Origin: Takakia lepidozioides
Taxonomy: Eukaryota; Plantae; Bryophyta
Assembly (NCBI GenBank): GCA_030704615.1
Contig: CM060732.1
Location: forward strand, 75,764,001-75,828,000
Length of the DNA stretch: 64,000 nucleotides
Direction: 5' to 3'
Translations under genes and position numbers: made by a program
The notes under the pieces: generated by a model
What the model saw: only the letters and a program-made list of their open reading frames with translations
What the model was told of the DNA's origin: nothing
Database searches by the model: none
Part shown: one piece after another, positions 1-10,300 of the stretch
Layout: each line of letters opens with the position of its first letter
How positions within the stretch are numbered: the stretch's first letter is position 1

Positions 1-185
1 CAGCCTTGCACTTGTACCTCGTGGCACTTCAAATGGCTTGATGAAAGCATCAGGCTATTAACGCCGTGAAGTAAGTTCAGCTCTGCTGTAAATACGAGCT
101 TCGTTACAAAGCCTGCTGGCCACTTTGCCCACATTAAAACCGTCAGTGCCCAACCCATATCATGGTAACCTGACTGAATGCCAAT

Positions 186-3016
186 TCAAGTACCATTTGC
201 CATGGATGCCAAACAAGACATGTGAAAATCACCATGCTTGCCATTGTTTTCCAAAATGTCGGCAACAGCTGCATGAGGAAGAGGTTCACTGGCTTTGAAA
301 GACAGGGTCTTCTGCACATAATAAAGCATATAGCCCTGTGAGGCTCGAACTATATCTTCACTCACACGTGTCACCCATGCGTCGTCGCACTTATACCACT
401 GCCCACTCAACCGTAGGAAACAGACATAATGCCCCGAATCTAGCTTTCCCGAATGAGTGACTACTGCAAAAAGCTCAAACTCCGAAGAAGGGCTCTGCAT
501 GGGTATTGTGGGCCCAGCATCCTCGCTGTCTGGAAAAAGCATCCTGTTTCCATGTCTTAACCTAACAATTGAAGAAGAAATGTAAGGAAGCATATCTAAA
601 ACAAAGGGGAATTGAACATAGCGATCTACTTTTCGGGAGGTGTGACGGGTGGATGAATGCTCAAAGCGCTTGATATGGAAGCATAGAACTAATGGCAATT
701 TACGCACTGACATCTGTTTAATAGATTCCTGCCTAGTCTGACACCTTTGGCAGTAAAACTTTTCATTGGCGCCCAACCGCTCGGGTCGAGTGAACCGATC
801 CAAGCACCCAAGCAGAGTGGAAGTTCCCAAGGCACTTGACGCTGCTCTTGATGACCGTCCTCCCCCTTCCCCGTAGCTCACTGGATCCACAAAACTCTTC
901 TCTACACCAATGTCAGGCTCCAAATCAAGGGAGATGTCAACACATGGGTCATATGTCGTTGAGGTGAAGCCACACACTGTGCACGTTACATCAGAGCGCA
1001 AAAGCCCCGAGAAAACACGATGCACTATGCAACGGCAATCGACATCTCCGGCTCTGCAAAAAAACTGGGTTAGTACTGACATCAAATGAGGTCACAAGGA
1101 ACATGGGTTTCCTAACTCTTTGGTTTTATGCTGTTAGGGAGCAACTTGCCCCAATGATCACAGAAACTGGCGCTAAATACTCTGATGGTTGTGAGTTCAA
1201 TAAGTTTTCTGGAGAACGCTCATCCTGCTTAGAGTTTAAAAGGCGACAAATCGACTATCTCATCCAGTCTTACATCCATCACTCCATGGAATCAGACATG
1301 CATCTCACCACTCCACAACATAGAGAACTGGTTCTGCTATGGTCATACCTGCCACCCTGAGAATGTCTGGCACGGGGAGAGGTGGTGCCAGAGTTGGCAT
1401 GAATGCCATCAACCGTAGATATGAAGAATTCATGCGCATCTTGCTGCTCATACCCTGCTAGGTTAGCAGCATGTCGCCACCAACTGCATGAATGCATTTC
1501 TCAGGATCAGATCTGGAAACATGATCCCCAATCATCATCCAATAAACTCCTGATCTACACACCCACAATGAAGACAACCCCTAACCCCAATAGAGTTTCT
1601 GGCCTACTCCTGCCACCAGCTTTCCGCTGGAGCCACAAGGGAACGAGGACAGACAAATAAAGGCAAAGTCAGCTTTATCAGGGGCTGACGGCTGTGTGTA
1701 TACTTCAGGGATGCTCCAGCAACCACTATTGAGAACCTAACCCTTGAAACTCATCATCTGCTTTATTGAGCAAACAGATCTGATAGCTGTTCTCATTCTC
1801 TGCCACAAAATTACACTTGTCAGATGGATCCCAGTCTCACACCCTGCTAACCCAGCCAAAAAAAGTTCTACAGATGATAAAACAAAATCAGTTGACCCAG
1901 CCCTACCAGGACTCCACTAGATTGCGCACAAGGGAGCCCACTGGTTCAGATGCTCACACAGAAGCCAGGCGTGCAGATCTGCAGGGCATAACGGAGATGA
2001 AATTGGCCCGGTAACCCAAAACCAAAATACTGCCGACAGCAGCAAAAAACAACCCACCTGAAGAGGAACTGGGCAGGGCTGTAGGGAGTGCGCTCTCCTG
2101 AAAAAGCAGCAGAGAAGATCGTATCCATGTCACATCCAAGGCAAAGATGTGAGGCACGCCGCTGGCAGATGGCGCGATTGTGGCGGTCACTCAGGAAATA
2201 GTTTCGCAAGGGGGGGGTGTGTATCAGTGCTTGCAGCACAGAATTCATAAAGCAGGTGTTGCCTAAGTTATTGAGGCCTCGAAGCCCCTTAGGCAGGCAT
2301 TCGTCCCCTCCCAACGGTGTCGTTCCCTGCTTCAATGCAAGCTCCTCCCCAGCGGTCGGTACCCATTGCCTATACTCGGCTCCTTTCCTGCGTTTACGTG
2401 ATTCCAAACCGTGCGCATCGTCAGCATCCTCGCCGTTGTTGCACTCCGAGTTACAATCACCCCCCTCCCTCCCGTTCTCGGAGCATTTCACCTTCAAACC
2501 GGCCCTTTCCTTTCCATTCCCACCCCCCTTCCCCTCGCAGCACTTCACCAAAAAATCGATGCTTTCCTTGCCATTCATCGACCCTTCTTTCCCATTACTT
2601 TTCCCTCCATGAAATGCTACCGACTGCGCAGCAATCACAGCCCGATCAAAATCCGGGTCATACACTTGGTCATTACACAGGCAACAGAAAAGCTCCGCCC
2701 GCTCCACATCCACAGCCAGGTCGTGCCCGGGCTTGTTCTGCGCATGCAGTCGGGCATGCAGCGTGTCCGGAGGCACCCAGCACCCAATGGTGGCACAAAG
2801 CAAGCACGCATACAACCTTCCATGTGCCCGTCCACAGAATGCACACCGCAGCACCTCCTTCTCTTCTCTCTTCACGCACGCCCTCCCTGGAGGCCCCCCT
2901 CTCAAACACCTCTGCAACCCCCGAAAGCCATGAGGCCCATGCTTTGCCCGGTACTCCACCAAATGCTGGCAAGGCTTGTATCCATCGTCACCCCATCTCT
3001 TGTGTTTTGAGCCCAT
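186..3016 (-). CDS. UBP22: USP22/Ubp8-type ubiquitin-specific protease (zf-UBP + USP domain; SAGA DUB module), 3 exons: 3016-2058, 1483-1349, 1053-186 (~653 aa)
   Basis: zf-UBP pattern (CxxC...CLLC...HAR.HA...[22 protein letters not shown]), Cys box [23 protein letters not shown], His box [10 protein letters not shown]...WYKCDD. GT-AG junctions join in frame (1962 nt). First in-frame ATG is at 3016; the ORF track starts at a TTG. Confidence 0.93.
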
Positions 3017-3039
3017 CTCCCAACAACATTCCACCTTCC

Positions 3040-3097
3040 CCAACCTCCCCCCCTACCTCCTCCCTCCCTGCCTCCCTCCCTCCCTCCCTCCCTCCTC
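3040..3097 (-). repeat. (GGGA)n tract immediately upstream of the UBP22 ATG; potential G-quadruplex on the sense strand
   Basis: Plus strand reads ccctccctgcctccctccctccctccctcc; a second, shorter CCCT tract is at ~3260-3280. Confidence 0.6.
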
Positions 3098-4392
3098 AGA
3101 TCAAAACCCACATCCTAAGCCCTCCCTAACACCAGGGAAAACCAACAACACACCTCCTCCTGGGACACAAACAACACAACCAAACTTGAGAGAGAGAAAT
3201 TCCTGGCAACCAAAATCCTCCTGAGTCCTAACAAAACAAAACAAAACAAAACAAGCCTGCTCCCTCCCTCCCTCCCTCCTTCCACCGATCACCCCACTTT
3301 GCAAAACCCAAAGCTTCTGCACACGTGGACGTGCTCTCAGATGGCAGAGCAGTCCCGGAGGGACCCATGCCTGCATCCCTCCAATCCCCTCCCGGCCTCC
3401 CAATTCTTTTCTCTCTGCATCCACATCCCATGGTCCCTGCAGCGGATCAGACAATGTGAGGTTTGACGGTCGGGACTGTGGGTTTGAGCCCAGGACGGCC
3501 GCCTCCCAGCTGCCGTGCCCTAACCATTAATTAGGTCAGCGGTAATAGGAACCAACGGCGGTTATGGGGTGTAAGCGGCGATGGGGGTGTTCCGCGCTCG
3601 GTTACAGGTCGCAGCGCTGTCCTGGGGTTTAGGGTACAGCACAACGGACAAACTGAAACCGTCTCTGGATGAAAACTGGTCAGTCATGGATGGGGAATAT
3701 GAAGGTTAGGATGACATAGGGTTTTCCACGGACGTGGGAATGCCGTCGCTTGTGAGGGGTGACAGGTCATCCGTCCGGCCGGGATCTAGAGGACGAATCT
3801 CTGATATAACTGTCACACTCGTAGATTATGAATTTGAAACATGGATGAACGGATTGTCGTCCACATATGGATGATGTTAGGTCGACGGGCTTCGGGGGCA
3901 TCATTCATCCTACAACCAGAATCGTCGAACCTAATTGTTGTGTTGATGGATGAAAAGGACTGTCATGTATACATCAGATCTCCTCCATGAAGATCTGTCT
4001 GTGTGGGAGCTCTGTCAGGCTTTTGCCTGTGTGATAGCTTGACCTCAATTTGAACTGCTGCTGAGTGCAAGAAACAGCTCAAAAACAAACTCGGTGAGAG
4101 TCTTGGCCTGTCTCCTCTCTGATACAGTCTCTCACTGGATGGACACACGGGTTAGGTGACCGAGAAAGATCCATGGACAGAACTAACTCAACACAGCAGA
4201 ACTGGGAAGATCATTCCATGTTACTCCAAAGGAGAGTCAACACTGCAGATCACAAATGCAAACTGGGGCAGAAGGGTCATGTTGTCTCCAAGAGGTTAGA
4301 AACATAGATTGGGCAGGCGTAAGAATAGAATATCACGAAGGGAATTAGAGAGCTATTGAGGACATACGGAAGAAAACTAACATACGAGGCCA

Positions 4393-7300
4393 TTAGACCA
4401 GACTGATTGACCGGTAGGCAGCTTCGTACGCCTTCACACAGCTTGCATCCCATGATGAATCCTTTGCCATACAGTTTCTTAGAAGCGTTGTCCAGCCTTG
4501 ACCATCATTATGCTGCACATACCAGAGCATGACACCAAGACATCCTTAACACAACTGTGCCATCAGATGACCCTTGCCTGACACCATATATGGATGTTCA
4601 ACCAGAAGATAAAAGTCAGGTATCACCTAAAAGACTGAATGTAAAACCAAAACACTTTTTGGAGTTCAATGCTTTATACATTATAAGAAAATCAAAGGAG
4701 GGGAAGAGAGCATGTAACCTTTACTGCAGTTGTGTAGCTATAGACCCCCAAGATTTGACACAAACAAAACCAGGGAAAGAGAGAGAGATTGTACTCATAA
4801 GACGTTGTTTGCCGTAGCCTTGTGGCCATTGACCCCGCGCCCAGTTTGAGCGGGAACAAAAGGGACAGAACCTACCTCTGTCAGGGGCGAAAGAGAGAGA
4901 GAAGAGAGATACCAGATAGTCCAAGGCACGACTCAGTGACGCTCTTAAATCAGTAGCCTGATCAGAGTAAAAAGTAAAGCCCGTGGCTTGTAACTTGTCT
5001 CTTTGCACGTCAATCACACTGTAACACATTTCCATGTCAAAACTGGTAAGGTGCATTTTGGTCATTTTGCTTGCAAACAAAATGGATCGTACCCACTGTC
5101 GATATGGTTACTAATCATTCTCACTTTTCCTACAGACAGAAGGAAACACCGGAACAGACATTCCCAAACCAAAATGCTCGATTACAATCTCAGCAAGCTA
5201 AGAAATGCCAAGCCTGGTTTCCAAACCATGCAGAGAAAGCATGGCAGACTCATTGAGCCAACCATTGTCCTAGGAAATAGAAGCCCTACCTAAGGGGACA
5301 AAGGCAGAAACTACGTAGCACCAACATATAAAAGAAGATCCTCTGCGTAGGTTAAGACCATGACACTTCCAAGCTTGGGACATTCAACTAAGACAGACCT
5401 TAGACAACAAGCCACTGGAACCAAGGCGGCAGCAGAAATTAACAATGGCCAGGAAATCTATCTCAGCATACCTGCCTGGGACCCCACTTATTTGTCGTGC
5501 AACCGGGACAGTTCCATAACGCATTGCAATCAGCTACAGACAAGTCCACTCTCCTCTCTTTATTAGCCTGTTCAGGAAGAGATGAAAAGATGCAGGTATT
5601 TTGCAGACTGAGCCACCCACCACCCAGGCCCAAGGTCCAGCTGACGGTAAGAACTACATACCAAACAAAGAAGATAGGATACAAGCATAGAGTCTAGTAC
5701 TTCAAGACTTACTGGCCATTCGCCTGTTGGTTCAAAGATAGCTGGACAGACAAGAATGTCGGAAGCTGCCAGCACTTGATGGACCAAGGTATCATCATGG
5801 AGGATGATGACCTTAGCATTCTCCTGCTGCATGCAAAGATCACATTTCCATCAGATCAAATAACATCGGATAAATACATTTGTGTTGAAAAAGAGAATAC
5901 CTATACATCTTTTCCAATTATCAACTAGAGCACCCGGTCTACTGTAACCAGGTCTAGCCAACTGAAATAGAAGAAAGGTTCAATCTTACCGCATGATCTC
6001 GCTGCATATCTTCCAAAACCGCTTGAACCCGCGGACACTTGCTTTGGCCTACAAACACAAACTGAACACAGGTTCCGAACACGTGCATAGAGTATTAATG
6101 CCCACCTGTACAGTAGAGCACTATCTAGAACCTAGTGAACTTCTTGGGTCATGGCTTGCTCCTGTCCCTCACAAAAACAAATGGTGGACTTTTGCCGAAG
6201 CAAGTGTAACTTATGGTGTCACCTGACCCCGAAGGGCTGCTCCTTCTGATGGGAAGGCGACACCTTTATGACATGCAACACACTTATGTGGTTCGAACCC
6301 ACAACCACTAGTGAAATGGTATTATGCCCTAAGGGCTATCTATTGCATGTCTCCTGTCTCTAAAAGTTGTTGTAACAAATGCATGTAATCCATGCAAGCC
6401 CTGCCATATAGGTTGCGAGTCCTGATGGTTGAGTTGAGGTTATGGAGCCTTCCCGTTCTTTCCAATCACTTAATGCAGAAAGTGCCCCCAAAACAGTACC
6501 TTCATTCTCTCTTTCTCTTCTCTTTTCACTTCTTGTCCTGCCCTCGTTACTATGAGATCTGTGGGAGACTCAACTGTCTGTTCCATGAAGCCCAATCTCT
6601 CACAGTAGTCTTCCATGATGAGGATCAGAAATGTCAAGGTAAAATTGGAGGACATACAATTGATTGTCTTCCTTGGGGAGAGAATATGTACGTACTTACC
6701 CATGTTGGAAAACCACTGGCGTGTGGTCGGGCTAGGGATTGAACCTAGGACCTCCCCCATTCCGGTGGGGTGCTCTACCACTGAGCTACCCATCCCATTC
6801 TGTTCTCAAAGTGCCCTGCAAGGGCTATAACCTTGACACTCCAACACTCCCCCTCAAGGCATAGCCCTTATAGCTAATGCCCACCCATTCTGACCACCGC
6901 CCCAACCTTGGCTCTGATACCATGTTGGAAAACCACTAGCGTGTGGTCGGGCTAGGGATTGAACCTAGGACCTCCCCCATTCCGGTGGGGTGCTCTACCA
7001 CTGAGCTACCCATCCCGTTCTGTTCTCAAAGTGCCGTGCAAGACAGATGTAGTTTTCTAACGGAACAAATGAAGGTATGTGATCGACTTGTTGGTTTAAT
7101 ATGTCCGACTATAACCTTGACACTCCAACAACCCATGCATAAAACTATTCATTCAGGGATTTCACTCATTTATAGATATGGATGAAATATTCCCATTACA
7201 CTGTCTTGATCTAATTCGAAAATTAATCGCTAGTATCGGTGCTAAGCATCAAAACCCTTCGCATAGTCCTGCCTTAGGAAGGCAGGGCCAATAAAAGCCT

Positions 7301-10300
7301 TTACTGAGGAGCTCAAGCAAATGCCCCTGCAAGGTAGGATTGCCTCTTCTTCCCAATGTTACATACCTGACACATTCAATTATTGAGTACTTTTATGTGC
7401 ATGTAAGTGTACGAAAGCTGCAATAAAAGAACTTGCAGCAAAAAGTGGAGCAACATTACATGATGAGTAAAACCTGGCTTGTTCATAATTCAAATACAAG
7501 GGATCCGTCTGGCCATATATAGCCATGTGATTTGAGAGGTTGTTTTTGTGGATATTCATTGTTGCAGAGCCAGAACTTCTTACTTCTGACACTCAGCTTT
7601 AGGGCTTGGAGAGTATTCCAACCTGTGCTGCCTTGCTTAGGGCACAGGCCAGGGCAGCTCTCATCAACATCAGCTCCAGCTCTGATACTTCGGGCACAAT
7701 GCACCCCACCTACATCATTTGCAGACCAAAACATTTTAGGTTGAAAGAAACACTGGCCACAACGCATGCAGGAAAACTGATTGACTGATATACACAGCAA
7801 AGAAAATCCTAAGAAGAGGGGACAGGATCCTTTACAAGCAAGACGCTTAGGTGTGGCTATGGTAGGTTCATAATTTCTTAAGTAAGGCAGCCTAAGACTT
7901 CTGCTGGTGGGAGACTTGTGACCATAAACAGCCCCTCCACCCTACCCCACCTCCCTGCGGGTTGCAATGGAGAAGAAATCTGGAGGCAAGAACTGCTAAG
8001 TTAGAAAGAATCAGATATTTAATCAACTATTTTGATTTACCTCCAACCACTCAATGTTGCCAATGATGTGAAGGACAAGGATGAACCATCACTGAAAGAC
8101 TCAAAAGTAGAATAATCTCAATCCACTGCTTACGTCATTTAGTGCCTCACCAGAGGAACAGAGCTGTCTGCATCAAGTAAATCTAATCGTTGTCTCAACA
8201 CAGCCTTACAGCTGGACTTGCCCGAAAGGTCCTCTACTGAATATCTTGCTGCCAGATCTCGATCTTGCATGGGATCCCACATGGTCTCGTCCAACCCATT
8301 GAATATTCCGATAAATTTATGCCTGCATTCATTTGCATAGTGCATTCATTCAATTATTTGCAATTCAGACAGAAACAGATAACGAATAGCCAACAGATGC
8401 AAATTTCACATCCATCTTCCTGTGCACATTTGGGAGATGGCAGGGAAAAACAGGAGGCCCACTTGTGAGTATTCAGTGTCACGTCAAGGCCATATCCATG
8501 CTCCCTGGTCAGCAGGTCAGTTGCATATATCGGCGAGACGGTTATGACTTTATTGGAGTAGACAACTCCACCCTGAAACAACAAGTGCATTTCAGAGACA
8601 ACAGTTGACTATCTGGGCTGCAGAACAACATATAGTACAGTTCACAATTAAAAATCTGAGAAGTGGTCCAGTATCTTCTATGAATCAACGGTCCGTGTAA
8701 AGTAGGCTGTACAGGAAGTAAGAAATCATCCAGAAGATCAAAGGATTATCCCAGTTTCAATTCACCTTCAGTAGATTGATAAGATTAGGCTCAAAATTAT
8801 CCTGAAGCCTGTCAGGCCGGTTCAGTCGTCCTGGATCTAGTCCACAGAGTGCCAGTTTATGTGGTTCCTGTAAACACTGCAGCCATGCAACGATAAATAT
8901 CAACATCTATTTCTGAGGCTCTCCACCTCAGTGCAATACTTGAGCTGTGAGTTATCTTTGGTTTCTGTTGTTCTACTGTGATGGTCTACCTGTGTCCACC
9001 CTCACCTCCTGCAGATGTAATGATTTGTCTTCTTTCTTTCTGTCTCTCTGGCTCCCTCTTGTTCCGACCGAACTGGGCGCGGGGTCTATGGCCACAAGGC
9101 TACGGCAAAACGTCGTATGAGTACATTCTTTGGCTCACTCGCTGGAAAGTGTCTAGAGGAAACCTTGCTACTCCCCCTGCAGATTGAGATTGGAATGAGA
9201 GAAGATAAGGATTTAGGTTGTTGAGAGTATCAATGACTCAACCTAAAAAGGCAGAATGACTGGTTATAAAGCAGCAAAACGTTTTCATCAAGTCGACAGT
9301 CATGAAATCTTGCTCTTCTGAAAATTCACTGTCTTTCACAGGACATATGGGTCTATCTCAAATAGATGCAAGTGGGTTCCATGGACTTTATACCCCCAAC
9401 AACAGCCCATACAAATCCATCCTCAAACCTAAGCCCCACAAATATTGCCCATCTGGGAAGCCACAAAACAAAAAGAGGAAAGCGCATCATAAATAATAAG
9501 TAAAAATGGAGCAGAATTGGCCTGCAGAACAGTGTACAGGTCTAAAGTGCAGGGGTTACCTGGTACTTGAAATCGTGACAAGTGAATAAAAGGCGGGTGT
9601 TCCCTAAACCCTGTTACACATAACCCTGTCATATGTCTATTGAACAAGATCAGGTAAGACCTTTACACCACACTCTACCATGATATCTAAATGAAGTTAG
9701 GCAGAAAACTTCCCTGAACTTGTTTCCAGTCTGTGACATGGGGGAGGACATCATGGATGACCTCAAGGGTTTACCCACACTCTCAGCACTAGACTGAAAT
9801 TTAAACTCAGGGCAGGAAGCCTACCTTTGAACAGCAAACAGATGCAGAGAGGAAAGGGGGATTGCAAATGCCCGTTGTGTGGGCAACCTCAAGACAGTAC
9901 TCATTTTCTGATTCATTGTCCTGGGTAGTATCACCAGAGAGACGCCCTCTTCAATTCTATCAAGGGATTTGTGCCTGTACCTCTGTTTACCAACTTTGAA
10001 AATCTTGAGGCTGAGCCAAAAGCCCAAGCCCTTTTGGGGCCTAGTTATTGGGCAAATCACACAGCAGATTGATGCTTGTGTAAAGGGATTTCTAGATGAT
10101 ATCTGGAAAACTCAGATCAATTGTCTGTTTCCAAGGTAAGTCATACTACCAGCGTCAGCCCCACAAAGGTACTTTCTGTCCCGTGGGTCAATGGCCACAA
10201 GGCTACGGCAAACAACGTCTTGTGAGTACATTCTACCATGGGATCTGGACTAACCCTATGCTTGACATCAGGGTTCATTAATCTGTACATGCATATTTTG

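Larger units (their letters stand above)
6703..7130 (-). mobile_element. TRIM (miniature non-autonomous LTR retrotransposon) with tRNA-containing LTRs, in an SS5 intron
   Basis: LTRs 6703-6846 and 6923-7130, each TGTTGG...CCAACA; PBS TGGTATCAGAGC (6922-6911, initiator-Met type); PPT TGAGGGGGAG (6856-6847); 76-bp internal region; exact 5-bp TSD ACCCA at 6698-6702 and 7131-7135. Confidence 0.93.

Noticed and set aside
2217-3129. Long plus-strand ORFs (131-270 aa), and similar antisense ORFs over the PPR and STA1 genes
   Set aside because: These are shadows of GC-rich coding exons on the opposite strand, low in complexity and without recognisable domains.
6200-6345. Possible tRNA-derived SINE (GGTTCGAACC B-box)
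   Set aside because: No recognisable A box, TSD or second copy in the window.
6724-7015. Two functional tRNA genes
   Set aside because: The anticodon loop is abnormal (6 nt, or mismatched closure, and no U33), the acceptor stem has a mismatch, and both copies are parts of LTRs.
7296-7345. CTGAGGA-GCTCAAGC-AAA hammerhead-like core
   Set aside because: It lacks the GAAA guanine, a correctly placed NUH site and a closing stem I.
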